Positions 41,621-55,055 of a stretch of 64,000 bases of DNA are shown here, piece after piece. A program made the position numbers and the translations under genes. The stretch is from positions 122,946,001 through 123,010,000 of the forward strand of contig OX597819.1 of the NCBI GenBank assembly GCA_951406725.2. Reading direction: 5' to 3'. The notes under the pieces were generated by a model, which saw only the letters and a program-made list of their open reading frames with translations, did no database searches and was not told the origin of the DNA. The stretch is from Octopus vulgaris. Taxonomy: Eukaryota. How positions within the stretch are numbered: the first letter of the stretch is position 1; each line of letters begins with the position of its first letter.

Positions 41621-42094
41621 TAGATATATACATATATAAATATACATATACATGTATGCTTGCTTGTATTTTGATATATTTCATCTTGTACTAAATTGAC
41701 ACTCCCTGCTTGAAGGACAGCCAGTAAAAATCAATACCATTTATTTAGTTGTAAGCGATACAAAACGAATAAAAACAGAAAAGCAAATGAGAAAATATAC
41801 AAACTACAAAAGCCACATTTAAATATAAATAGAAATATAAAAATAAATTTTCGTATGATCTCTCTAAAATGATAAGATATGGAAAGATGCTTCTTCCCCT
41901 CTAACCGTACATATTATAGGAATATATTCTAATTATATCTTTATAAAACTTCAACTCGGAATATTTCTTCAAGCAATATGGATTCTTCTAAGAGTGGTTA
42001 GGGATTTGTGGCACAATTAAGATCTCTGCTGATTGAGATCTTACAGAAAATTTCGTTCCCGTCTTGTAGATATAAATATTATTATATCTGAAGT

Positions 42095-42353
42095 CTTTTA
42101 TCTCTTATCATGCTTTCGATTCGGTCATTGGACTGAAGCCTTGCTGGGACACCACCATGATGGGCCGTTTTAGTGGAACGCACTGAACCTCTACTTATAT
42201 TCTCATTAAGCCAGGGGCTTATTATATCGGTCTCTTTTGCCGAACGGCTAATATGTGGTACTGATGCAAACCAACACCACTTGTCAATCATTGCTGGATG
42301 GGCAAGCACAAGCACAGTCGCATGCACGCAAACATATATGTATATACATATGC

Positions 42354-42425
<72 letters not shown>

Positions 42426-42740
42426 TGGAGTGGATCAATAGGTGATTCATCAACATTTAGACATTATGTTATGTTAATTTATTTATTTATTTACCAAAAA
42501 AAAACAATTACAAAAATATACATACATGCAGACCGAAGTAATTAGTAGATGAAAGTAGATGGGTGTTTCTCTAGGCTTCGTCAGGTTAAGTTATAAATAT
42601 AAATATACACACCACATATATCAGCCCTGTTGCCAAACCGCTAGGTTACGGGGACATAAACACACCAGCATCGGTTGTCAAGCGATGATGATGGTGGGGA
42701 CAAGCACAGACACACACACACATACACATACATACATAGA

Positions 42741-42785
<45 letters not shown>

Positions 42786-42943
42786 GACAGACTTCTTTCA
42801 GTTTTCACCTGCCGAATCCATTCACAAGGCATTGGTCGGCCCGAGGCTATAGCAGAAGACACTTGCCCAAAGTGTCACTCAGTGGGACTGAACCCGGTAC
42901 CATGTGGTTGATAAGCAAGCTACTTACCATACACCCATGCCTA
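42095..42943 (-). mobile_element. Two partial SINE family A copies (42095-42330 and 42620-42943)
   Basis: Homology to the family A 3' and 5' halves. Confidence 0.8.
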
Positions 42944-43474
42944 CTACTATTTTGTCCTCGAGCCTGGTTATTCTGTTTCCATGAGGTCTGAATATCCGAA
43001 ATCTCAAAACACTTGCTGAAAGGAATCCTGGGTCAAGGTAAGGAATTTTTGAAGTGCAGTTTATGTTGATCACATTCACCACGGTGATTGACTAGTCCTT
43101 ATCACCCCCGAATAGATAATAGGCAGAGTTGATACTGGTGGGATTTGAACTCCGAATGAAGTGCCGCTTAGCATTTTGTCCTACGTGTGCATGTTCTTGT
43201 CTAAACACCGCATTTTATATACTCCAGTGTAATGAGAGAATTGAAGACCATAGTTTTCAATGCATTTCAGACAAATGAAGCTGAATATTTGTTATGCTTT
43301 GCTGAAATAGGTTTTGATCGATATCTAGGGCCATATTCAGAACTAGTGGAGTCTCTGCGCCTATAGATTTTGGGACCTTTACGACTTTGCATATGTAATC
43401 CTGAACTGTTTATATATGAACAAGAGGAATATGCATTGTTAAACAAATACAACATTGTATATAATGGAAATGCA

Positions 43475-43517
<43 letters not shown>

Positions 43518-43551
<34 letters not shown>

Positions 43552-43905
43552 CATTATTATTATTATTATTTTGGCTGCCCCGTCGTTATCGAGTATGGCC
43601 ATTGCACGAAGCTGAACTGTTATTGATGATGTGATCGAATGTGACTTTTTAGCCCAGCTAAAGATCTACAATGTCTTGTACAGAATTAGCAACTAAAACC
43701 TTTACCGGTAATAGCCGGCTGTAGTTGTAACTGGGCTTCATGTACCTTTGCATGTCGTTTAAGTCCTCCTGCCGAATTACACTCTCTTCCACACGCCCGA
43801 CAGATATGATTAGTATGGTGTGTTACACCACCACCAGTGGCCAGGTTGTCACTCATCCGTCTCGCTCTATGACTACGAAGATGACTCTTGAGTCCAGCTT
43901 TACTG
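43518..43905 (-). mobile_element. RTE-type LINE 3' end with tandem C2H2 zinc fingers
   Basis: SKAGLKSHLRSH...CRACGRECNSAGGLKRHAKVH...C*FCTRHCRSLAGLKSHIRSH-stop, a short 3' UTR ending TCGATAACGACGGGGCAGCC and an (AAT)n tail. Confidence 0.75.
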
Positions 43906-44149
43906 ATATATACATATATGTAAGTGTGTGTGTGTGTTGATACCAATTTTGTATTTTCCATAAATTTAAAGGCCGCCAGCACTTTGATAGTTTCAAACAA
44001 GCATTTGCTTTGTTAATTTTTATAATGGATTGCTCTTGACTGCCTTTAACTTATATCAGAAGAAAACATTCTCAAAGTAATTTGTAAAAGAGACTTCTTA
44101 AGGACAAATGCAAACCATTATAGGATAATTAAGAGCGACTCATTAAATT

Positions 44150-44497
44150 AAGGGCCACTTAACAGCTTGAAGAAGCACCAAAAGTTAAAAGGCCTCTTCA
44201 GATTGAGAGTAACTCAAATTTCAGGAATTTTAGCGCTAAAAGGTTCCTATAAATCAAAAGGCGCTCGATAATTATTAAAATTTCTGTTAGATGAGAAATA
44301 TTTTAACAAGTATAAAATTTCAAATAATCTATTTGATTGCTGCAATTCTAATTTCCGATTTTTAACTCCAGATCGCTAGGCCATGGTGGATATTGGCCCA
44401 TATATGAATCCCGATCTGTCGCTATCTCTTAGATAAATACTTCGGATTACTCATAAAGAAATATTGCTTAGATCGCTAACTGTTCTTCATCATCAGT
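44150..44497. repeat. Unclassified dispersed repeat, copy 2
   Basis: Highly similar to 37554-37919. Confidence 0.85.
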
Positions 44498-45173
44498 TAA
44501 TTTTTTAGAAACAGGAATACTTTTCGGACATCAGTATCGTTTAGAAAATACTATAGAAATACTGAAGAAAACTGATAGCGAAAGTTGGTACTTTTAGCAC
44601 TATAATGAAAAGAATATTGTGATACTACGACAAAAACGCTATGAAACATCGTCAAACATCTTCCAACTACACAATCAACGAATGGCATTGGAATGCTTTT
44701 ATTATCTTCTTATTGATCTCGTCAGCATTATTGTGAGTTGCAGCCATAATATTTTGATAGAATATAACACCAGCAGCGATAGTGGTGTATTTAAAACGCT
44801 CATCTTTATTCAATTTCACAGATTTTATTGACAGGAATTTTTGATATGATGCTGTCAGGTTATCATATCAGCTGCAACAAAATAATGCAAAAAATTAAAT
44901 TTTTAGACTTTTTGAATAAGAATTTTTGTGCAGATTTCTCGTTTCGCATGTGCGTTTGAATCCAAAATTTCAATGTTGCAACCTAATATATTAATAGAAT
45001 CCCACACACACACATGAACACACACACAGATACACACACACGCACGCACGCACATGCATGCATCTTCCTCCTTGTGAGAGAAAATCTAATAACTGAAAGT
45101 AAAGGAAAAACGTGTAAGCCTACCTTTCCTGCTATGTGTTTGTGTGAATATAAGTATGTGTGTTAGTGTGTAC

Positions 45174-45230
<57 letters not shown>

Positions 45231-45830
45231 ATGTATGTATATGTATATATAATAAATGTATAAATACATACATATATATATATATATATATATGTATGTA
45301 TATATATAATATGCACACACAAATATGACCACATATACACACACATATATGTATGATATAATGGCTTCCTGTGGACAGATAACAGATGTTTCCTGAGAGA
45401 CAAGTGTACATTATTGTATATGATGTTCACATAAGCCTGTAAATATCCCGTGACATGCAACAGTAAGAAAACCACAAACTATTTCAATACCACTTGTTAC
45501 ATGAGGGGACCTTTTTTTAGGGCTTTCCAATTAAGAGAAATTCAGGAATGAGAAGTTTTCTCTTCTTCCATTAGTTTTCCTACGCGTCACGATCTACGTC
45601 CACGGACAAAACATTCTCCACACGGACACACCTACACACACATACTCACTGACTTATGTGGTTTCGACACCTACGTCAGCCTTCGACATTTTCTACCTAA
45701 AGGCTTCTCGAACCAATATTTAGATGCTATCATGTATAGCGCTGCATATATTTCAGAAACCAATTCCAAAAGTGAACTGATAAACGTTCTCTCGAAAGTT
45801 TACAAACACTTACGACGCCATATACATACA

Positions 45831-45929
<99 letters not shown>

Positions 45930-46000
45930 TATAGCCTTGCAACCAAAGCCTTGTGAGTGGATTTGGTAGGCGAACTGAAAGCCTGTCGTATATATGTATG

Positions 46001-46031
<31 letters not shown>

Positions 46032-46238
46032 TTGTGTGTCTGTGTTTCTCCCCTAGCATTGCTTGACAACCGATGCTGGTGTGTTTACGTCCCGTAATTT
46101 AGATGTTCGAAAGAGACCGATAGAATAAGTACAGGCTACAAAGAATAAGTCCCGGGGTCTATTTGCTCGACTAAAGGCGGTGCTAGCATGGCCGCAGTCA
46201 AATGACTGAAACAAGTAAAAGAGTAAAAGAGTAAAGAG

Positions 46239-46240
<2 letters not shown>
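45930..46240 (+). mobile_element. SINE family A, 5'-truncated
   Basis: Family A body and tail. Confidence 0.88.
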
Positions 46241-46282
<42 letters not shown>

Positions 46283-46285
<3 letters not shown>

Positions 46286-46437
46286 GGAGTCGCATGAAAC
46301 GATCGTACTGCCTTACCTGGGTATCCTTGTTGCTTATTTTGATTATAATCACCTTATTTTATTTTAAATTGTATGAATAGTACCATACTAAATTGTGGTG
46401 CCTCAACTTAAGTACTATATTCATCTGAATCTAAAGT

Positions 46438-46440
<3 letters not shown>
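46283..46440 (+). mobile_element. Hammerhead-element 3' fragment between (TA)n tracts
   Basis: GAAAC-GATC-GTA-CTGC at 46296-46311. The downstream sequence is a reverse-complement homologue of 59500-59636. Confidence 0.7.
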
Positions 46441-46515
<75 letters not shown>

Positions 46516-46961
46516 GTATATATAATTAAGAGATAGAACCTCCATAAAGTAATTCAAGTAATACTGAAAGATATTACATAAATTTAAATATATTATTATT
46601 AACGTTGTACTAAAAATTTCTACACATTAAAACGACTTTATTATTAATATCGTGCTAAAAAATTTATATACTACATAATATACATGAAAAATACACATTA
46701 AAAAACGACAACGCGCGTTTTGTGACTATGTATACGAATCTACAATATCAAAATCGGGGATCAAAAAGTAATATTTCTTTGATCCAAAATTATAAGATAA
46801 TTTACAACATGGATGAAGACGTTATAATTAAGGTCTCAAAATTATAAGATAAATTTACAATATGGATGAAGACGTTATAATTACACTATACTTTATAAAT
46901 AATTGATAAGATTTAACAATATTAAAGAAAAGTATGAGCATGACTTATCTTTTTGATGAGC

Positions 46962-46986
<25 letters not shown>

Positions 46987-46992
<6 letters not shown>

Positions 46993-47257
46993 GGACATTA
47001 CTACACGTAAATGCCTTACGCTATAAGGGACTCCTAAAGTCAAATCTACCTTAATAAATATACAGTGTACTGACAGTGAGGGAATGCAACTTGGAAGTCG
47101 TCTCTACAAGCCGCAAATCATATGATTTCATAGTTAGTGTACATAATCCACTTTCTAATCGTCAGTGCAGGCATGTTGCAGTCCCTCACAGTCGACAATT
47201 TTGACTTTAAGAGTCCCTTAAAGCGCGACGCATTTATGTGCAGTAGGACACTTAATA
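46987..47257. repeat. Imperfect palindromic element next to (TA)n
   Basis: TAAGGGACTCCTAAAGTCAAA / TTTGACTTTAAGAGTCCCTTA and GTGAGGGAATGCAAC / GTTGCAGTCCCTCAC arms. Confidence 0.85.
47111..47170 (-). ncRNA. Type I hammerhead ribozyme, complete core
   Basis: CTGCA-CTGACGA-TTAGAAAGTG-GATTATGTA-CACTAACTAT-GAAA-TC-ATAT-GA-TT-TGCGG. Stem I has 5 bp, stem III is palindromic (ATCATATGAT), the triplet is AUU, and the first stem II pair is a U-U mismatch. Confidence 0.75.
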
Positions 47258-47399
47258 TAATAAATGTATTTAAAAGGGAATAAATTAATTATATATTTTG
47301 TGTAAAGTTTTCCCGTAACTGGTTTTTCACGCTACTTGATAAATTCTTATAAAGATTTTTTCCTTATATTTAATTTATACATACACCATACAAACATAC

Positions 47400-47496
<97 letters not shown>

Positions 47497-47553
47497 TAGA
47501 GATAGATAGATAGTCATGTCAAATATATATATAAATATGTCAATATGTATGTA

Positions 47554-48787
47554 TCAGGTCGAAATGCTCGATTTTCATATGCACAGTCTTATCCTGACAA
47601 TTCTTTGTTTTACAACGTTGACGAGTTACATTATCACTTTTCGAAATGCAATTCATTGTGTCTCCTTATATTGGGAGTTTCCTCTTGTAAATCAATTTTT
47701 GTGAACCCATGGATAGATCGAAATCGTGTAGTTTATGAGTGTGAGTTCCGTTGTGGGACCAGTGCATCCCAGACAGTTCGAAACATCATTGTTGTGTTTA
47801 GCAAAGATGTAGCGAATGAACGCACTGTAGGTTGATGGTTTGAGAAATTCCGGTCTGGTGACTTTACTCTTGAAAAATCAACCCCATGGTAGACCTGAGA
47901 CCAAGGTGGATAAAGATGAGCTGGAAACTGTAGTGGGATCTCAAACTACGCGTGAGATAGCAGCAAGGTTTGATGTTTCGATGTCAACTATATTGAACCA
48001 TCTGAAACAAATCGGCAAGGTACTGAAGCTGGACAAATGAGTACCACACGAATTGAACGAGCATCAACTGACACGTCGTCTTGAAACTTACTGTTCTTTG
48101 CTGTCACGGCATAAATGCGAACCCTTTTTGCATCACGTTGCGTGTGATGAAAAATGGATTCTCTTCAACAATATCAAGCGTTCTGCACGGTGGATTGATA
48201 GAGACGAAGTGCCAAAACACAACCCAAAAATCAATATTCACCAGAAAAAGCAAATGGTGTCTATTTAATGGTCCAGCGTTGGTGTCATCTATTACACCTT
48301 CATGACACCTGGCAAGTCAATTACAGCAGATGTATTAACCAACTGGATGAAATGATGAGTGAATTTGCAATTAAACAACCAGGATTGGTCAGTAAAGACA
48401 GACTAATTCTGTTGCAGGACTATGCTCGACCCCATGTTGCATAAAGAATGCTACTCAAGTTACAGGAACTGAACTTGGAATTACTCTGTCATTCATCATA
48501 TTCACCAGACCATGCACCAAATGACTATCACGTTTCCCAGGAATTAGACTACGTTTTACAAGGAGAAAACTTCAAGTTTCATGAAGATGCACAAACAGCC
48601 TTTCATGATTTCATCACCTCTTGCTCTTTAGAATTCTTCGCTGCCGGAATAAATATGCTACCGATAAAATGGCAAAATTGTGTTGATAATTTCTGTGCAT
48701 ACATTGATTAACTGCATCACTTTTTGTTCAGATAAAATAAAATAAACTTTCAGTTCAAAATCGGACATTTCATTCTTAATGAACTCA
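47554..48787 (+). mobile_element. mariner DNA transposon, decayed
   Basis: Right TIR AAATCGGACATTTCATTCTTAATGAACTCA followed by TA. The left TIR is partly deleted. Confidence 0.88.
47709..48711 (+). pseudogene. mariner (DD34D-type) transposase, stops and frameshifts
   Basis: WFEKFRSGD, *VPHEL, CDEKWI, LLQDYARPH, HSSYSPDHAPNDYH, KWQNCV. Confidence 0.93.
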
Positions 48788-48813
48788 TACAAATATATAC
48801 ATATACATATAAA

Positions 48814-49104
48814 TGTGGAGGCGCAATGGCCTAGTGGTTAGGGCAGCGGACTCGCGGTCGCAGGATCGCGGTTTCGATTCCCAGACCGGGCGTTGTGAGT
48901 GTTTATTGAGCGATAACACCTAAAAGCTCCACGAGGCTCCGGCAGGGGGTGGTGATCCCTGCTGTACTCTTTCACCACTCTTTCTTCTCTTGGCCTGCTC
49001 GCTTAGCCAGCGGGGTGGCGTCATTCGAAGACTAAAACAATGCGAACGCATTGTGACCAGCGATGTGTAACAACATCTGATGGTCTGGTCGGTCACGTGA
49101 TCAC
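48814..49104 (+). mobile_element. SINE family C, tail type 3
   Basis: Family C head/body followed by an unrelated tail ending GGTCGGTCACGTGATCAC. Confidence 0.88.
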
Positions 49105-49415
49105 ATATATATGTATACACTAGTTTCAGTTTTTTGCACAAGATTTGTATGTCCGGTGATAAGTCGATGACATCGATCTCATTAATTATTTTATCGATCT
49201 CGAAAGGATGGAAGGTAAAGTCAACCTCTGTGACATTTGAACTCAGAGCATAAAGACGGACTGAATGCCGCAGAACATTTTGCCCGACATGTGAACGATT
49301 CTGCCAGCTTACCTTCTTCTAGGTATGTATATGTTTTAGCACATATAGTTATACAAACATATGCTTACTTGTATAGATACATGTATACATATAAAACCAT
49401 GAATGTTTACATGTA

Positions 49416-49475
<60 letters not shown>

Positions 49476-50094
49476 CATACATACATACATACATACATAC
49501 ATACATACATACATACACATATGTATTTACACACACATGCGTGTGTGTATTTTAATGAAAAATATAAAAAGTAGGACAATTTATAGAATATAGAAAATAT
49601 GTGTGTGCGTAATATATGTGTGCGTGTGAGTGCCTGTGTGTCCGTATGTGTTTGTGTATGTCTCTGGTACTCTTTCTCTGTATACTATAATAATGTATAA
49701 ATGTATAAAGGAAAGAGAACCAGCTGAGACCTTAGGGGAATTGCTAGGGTTTTTTTTTTCTTCTAAGCTTTGTCAATTAGAAATGTTGTTCATGTCTAAT
49801 TTTAAATCAGTCCACTCAAAGAAACCTATAAATAGCGATTTTCCTGGCGTTAATTTTCTTATCTATCTCCTTGACACACTGCAACCAAAATCATATTATC
49901 CTGTGTTTTTTGCAAACAAAATAAAGTAAGATTTGAGTAGGATTACTCAGCTGGTGCAGGCAAGTGGATGGTAGGATTCGAAGGTGACTTCTTTGGTTCG
50001 TTAAAATATCGTTATTTATTTCAATTATAATTCCTAGAATTAACTGATATACATTTACAGCTTAACTCCTCTTTTCTTGCAGAAATTCCGGTTT

Positions 50095-50473
50095 TATCTC
50101 GGGAGGGTCATTGTACCATTATTGAATACAAGCTCTGGTTCTTTTTCACTTCTTTATGAGTTATTTGTCAATTGATTAACTATTCAGCTAGTCAACTAAT
50201 CAATCGTTTGATTAATCGTCCGGTTAATCGATCGTTTATATTTGTCGAAGTTCTTCCGTAGAGAAGGCATGCCATTGATAGAATTGCGAATGGTGACGAA
50301 AGGACTTTGAGAAAGATAGCTGATTAATTGACAGATTAACAGAACGATTAACCAAACCAAGCAATCGATTACTTAGCGGGTTAAATAGTTAACCAATTCG
50401 CAAATAAATAATAAAGAAGTAAAATAGAAACAGTGCGTGCATTTACAGTTCACATAATGACCCTCCCGATATA
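50095..50473. mobile_element. MITE/foldback-like element with long imperfect inverted arms
   Basis: TCGGGAGGGTCATT / AATGACCCTCCCGA termini with TA flanks. The arms pair imperfectly for about 150 bp. Confidence 0.75.
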
Positions 50474-50935
50474 CAACACAGCATGTTTCAGCATATGTCA
50501 TTATATCAAGAATCTTCTAAATCAAATTCAAAAACGAAATATCGTAGAAATTTTGTATAGTAAAAATCTCAAGAATGTGAAGAATTATTATTTTACGTTC
50601 TCGAGTCAAAAAAGTAGCCAAGTAATATTAAGATCTTGACAAATATTGGATTCAAATTATAGCACAGGTTCTGTAATTTGGGGGAAAGCGGGTTATATTG
50701 ATACCGGTACTCAGCTTGTATTTATTTTATTGACCCCAAAATGATGAAAAGCAAAAGCGAAATTTGAACGCTGAACCTAAAGCCTGATGAAATGCCGATA
50801 AGCGTTTTACCCGTCACGCTAACGATTCTGCCAGATTATCAACTAAGGGACAGTGAAAAATACTGAAATCCTTTAGAAAATGGAATTTATTATTCTGGTC
50901 TAAATCTTTGCTTTTTTCAACGAAATAATATATAT

Positions 50936-51167
50936 GTTTCTTTATTACCTACAAGGGGCTAAACACAGAGGGGACAATCAAGGACAGACAAACGGATTAA
51001 GTCGATTATATCGATCCCAGTGCGTAATTGGTACTTAATTTATCGACCCTGAAAGGATGAAAGGCAAAGTCGACCTCGGCGGAATTTGAACCCAGAACGT
51101 AATTGCAGACGAAATACGGCTACGCATTTCGCCCGGCGTGCTAACGTTTCTGCCAGCTCGCCGCCTT
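50936..51167 (-). mobile_element. SINE family B
   Basis: Reverse complement of the 22073-22306 type. Confidence 0.9.
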
Positions 51168-51373
51168 TATTCAACGAAATAGTATATATATGTATCCATT
51201 TGTAACGTAATTACAATCTGCCTATGTTTTGGAATCCATCTGCCACCAGGGAACCGGTTGCATAAATTATTCAAAACGCAATATAGCATTTCGAATGGTA
51301 TCCAATGTTCTTCAATTGGAATCGTTTACGAACGAATGTCATTAAGATAAAGAGTAGTATTTCAAGAATTGAC

Positions 51374-51597
51374 TTTACTCTCTTTTACTCTTTTACTCTT
51401 TTACTTGTTTCAGTCATTTTGACTGCGGCCATGCTGGAGCACCGCCTTTAGTCGAGCAAATCGACCCCGGAACTTATTCTTTGTAAGCCCAGTACTTATT
51501 CTATCGGTCTCTTTTGCCGAACCGCTAAGTGACGGGGACGTAAACACACCAGCATCGGTTGTCAAGCAATGCTAGGGGGACAAACACAGACACACAA

Positions 51598-51674
<77 letters not shown>

Positions 51675-51840
51675 TACGACGGGCTTCTTTCAGTTTCCGT
51701 CTACCAAATCCACTCACAAGGCATTGGTCGGCCCGGGGCTATAGCAGAAGACACTTGCCCAAGATGCCACGCAGTGGGACTGAACCCGGAACCATGTGGT
51801 TGGTTAGCAAGCTACTTACCACACAGCTACTCCTGCGCCT
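51374..51840 (-). mobile_element. SINE family A, full length, young
   Basis: Near-identical to 6909-7363. Confidence 0.92.
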
Positions 51841-52264
51841 ATAAATATTAGCAGATTAAATTTTAACACTTTTTCTTCTATACAGCAAATAAAACATTTA
51901 TAAATATTTAAAACGCGAAGAAACGTTCAGAAACGTCTCAATATATCCTATACCGAAAAACTGAAACGATAATTGATTGTCAAATTTATTCAGCGAAATA
52001 TTGAATATTTTTCTATGCAGACTTCTTAGGATCTCGCTTTGACCGATTTTACTGATCTTTGAACTGGTAGGCTATGTCACTGACAATTAAATCAATATTA
52101 TTGATCTTTGAACAGATACACGGTTTTATTGATCTCTGATATGAGTATTCGAACGTTCGACTTCACCGAAATTTGAACGTCATGATTCGAGCTGGAAAAT
52201 CATAAGTTCGGTTTGGTTATTTTTCGGAAGGCATGTCGTATTTAAATATTCACGTTTGAACATG

Positions 52265-52835
52265 TAACGTGGCTGTCTGCTAAGTCTGCTTCGCAATAAC
52301 ATGTTTGTGGTTTCAATCTCAGGGCGTCGCACCTTGGGCAGGTGTTTTCTCCTATAGCTTCGGGCCGACCAAAGCTGTCTGAGTGGATTTGGTTGACGGT
52401 AACTGAAAGAAGCCCATCGTTTATACATACATACACACATGTGTATGTGCGTGTGTGTGTCTGCGTGTATGTGTGTGTGAGTATGTGTGTGTATGCGTGT
52501 GTTTGTGAGTGTGCGTGTGTATGTATGTGTGTGTGCGTGTGGGTCTACATGTGCACGTGTGTATGATTGTGTGTGTGTGCGTGTGTGCGCGCGCATGTGT
52601 GCGTGTGCATGTGTGTATGCATGTTTCATCACCTCTTGAAAACCGCTAATACTCTTTGTTAACGTCCCCGCAACCTAGCGGTTCAGCAAAAAGACCCGAG
52701 AGAATAAGTTACAGGCTTTAAAAAAAACCCAAAAAGAACCAGGGTCAACTGATTCGACTAAAAAGTCTTCAACGTGATGCCCCAGCATGGCGTTCGTCCA
52801 TTAACAGAAACAAGGAAAAGATAAGCGATAAAATA
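52265..52835 (+). mobile_element. Old SINE family A copy with expanded internal (TG)n
   Basis: Diverged head, CTTGGGCAGGTG core and 3' tail. Confidence 0.8.
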
Positions 52836-52886
52836 AACTGAATTTGTTGTTAATATTGGTTAGTCTAATGCAAGCCCAGATCAAGT

Positions 52887-53197
52887 GTGGGAGCACATGG
52901 CCTAGAGGTTAGAGCAGCGGACTCGCGGCCGAGGGAACGCGGGTTCGTATCTCAGACCGGGCGATGTGTGTGTTTATGAGCGAAAACACCTAAAGTTCCA
53001 CGCCTACTCCGGCAGAAGGTAATGGCGAACTTCTGCTGACTCTTTCGCCACAACTTTCTCTCACTCTTTCCTCCTGTATCTTGTAGCTCACTTGCGACGG
53101 ACTGGCGTCCCGTCCAGGTGGGGAACCTATACGCCAAGAAACCGTGAAACCGGCCCTTATGAGCCAGGCATGGCTGGAGAAGGAACAAACAAACAAA
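52887..53197 (+). mobile_element. SINE family C, tail type 4 (Meta/V-domain-like block)
   Basis: 15-bp TSD AAGCCCA(G/C)ATCAAGT. Contains GCGACGGACTGGCGTCCCGTCCAGG. Confidence 0.88.
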
Positions 53198-53526
53198 AAG
53201 CCCACATCAAGTAGTTCTGGGATTATAAGTTTTACAATTATGCACACCCTGAATAAAACCTAACATTTTCAACCCTGATCTATACTGTCTGATCTCTGTG
53301 CTTTTAAGACAGTGCAATATGATCTGAGGAAGATCGGTTGCTATTTTGATACGACTGAAGTGACTACTTAGGTGGTCTTTGCGTGTAAAGTTGGTTAATA
53401 TTTATTACGCTTCAAACTTGGAGTGTCAAATTTATATTCCAGAAGAAAACCTGTGTTTTCACTCTTCGAGGCCGACATCCGGTTGAAGAATTATTTAGAG
53501 GAAATTAACACGATATGTGACACTTA

Positions 53527-54185
53527 TAAGGCGGCGAGCTGGCAGAAACGTTAGCACGCCGGGCGAAATGCTTAGCGGTATTTCGTCTGTCTTTACGTTC
53601 TGAGTTCAAATTCTGTCGAGGTCGACATTGCCTTTCAACTCTTCGGGATTGATAAATTAAGTATCAGTTTCGGACTGGAGTCGATCTAATCGACTGGCCC
53701 CCTTCCCGTAAAATTGTGGGCCTTGTACCTAGAGTAGAAAGGATTATTTAAAATGCGGCGATCTAGCAGAAATGTTAGCACGCCGGGCGAAAAGCTTAGC
53801 GGTGTTTCGTCTGCCATTACGTTCTGAGTTCAAATTCCGCCGAGGTCGACTTTGCCTTTCATCCTTTCGGAGTCGATAAATTAAGTACCAGTTACGCACT
53901 GGGGTCGATATAATCGACTTAATCCGTTTGTCTGTCCTTATTTGTCCCCTCTGTGTGTAGCCCCTTGTGGGCAGTAAATAAATAAGAAACGTTAGTACAC
54001 CGGGCGAAATGCTTAGCGGTATTTCATGTTTTTACTTTTTAAGTTCAAATTCTACCGAGGTCGACTTTTCTCCTTTCATCCTTTCGGAGTCAATAAATTA
54101 AGAAATAGTTGCATACTGGGGTCACTCTAATCGACTGGCACCCTCCCACCAAATTTCGGGCCTTGTGCCTTGAGTAGAAAAGAAT
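53527..54185 (+). mobile_element. SINE family B head-to-tail trimer
   Basis: Units start near 53527, 53750 and 53985. Confidence 0.9.
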
Positions 54186-55055
54186 ATGTGAGACTTACAT
54201 ATCCAAAGACAAACCTTCGGCAACTGGACAGTGTTGCTAATAATCAACCATTTTAAATAACTTAATCCTCACTAACCCTAACCCTAAGAACTACTATAGT
54301 TACATTTGTTACTGTTATTGCGTGTAATAGATATAAGATGAAACATGAATCTTGAATATCTCACACGGGAGAATTAAATATTTTGCTCAAGTACACGTTC
54401 AAAGATCCACAGGAGCTGGGGTATGAACCATCCTCACTGTCATTGTGAAAATCTGGGTCATATTTTGAAGTATGGACATTTGGGTAATATTTTATATTCT
54501 ACCGTCTACGTTCATCACTGAAATATTACTGTGGTGAAATTTTGCTTTTTGTCTCGCTTGAATTGATAAAATAAACGACTGTAAACCAAGGAGTCATTTC
54601 AATTGGTTGCACGTTCTTCAGCGACAAGTGACCCGGTATCTTCTCAAAATAAATTGATATTGTCAAAGAAAATATTAGGTAAGTAACTTATTTCAGAAAA
54701 CTCAATACTGAAAATGAAATAATGATATGTGACATAAACGTTGGTGGTGTCTATACAAAATATAAAATAAATAATATATTAAGTCTAGTCAAAACACTTT
54801 ACATTCTAAAACGTTTCAGTGTTCCACATTATCAGAATGCTGCATTGTATTTCATGTGACAATGTCACAAAAGCATGAGAGCATAAACTTGCACTGTATG
54901 AGGATAATAAGACGCATGTATTGAAGTGGATGATACTATGTAAGTATGCTGATCAATACACAAGGAACTACAATCATCGCTATGGTGAACATCACAAAAC
55001 CACCAGCAGCATCACGATAAACAAGCTAATATAAAACCTGCTAACTGGTCACTTA

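Noticed and set aside
46690-46770. Minus-strand AAAAC-GCGC-GTT resembling a hammerhead 3' half
   Set aside because: The G of GAAA is changed and no recognisable core remains.
46787-46882. Two-copy direct repeat of about 51 bp
   Set aside because: A simple tandem duplication. No CRISPR-like spacer structure was found here or elsewhere in the window.
54272-54287. CTAACCCTAACCCTAA telomere-like motif
   Set aside because: Only about two units.
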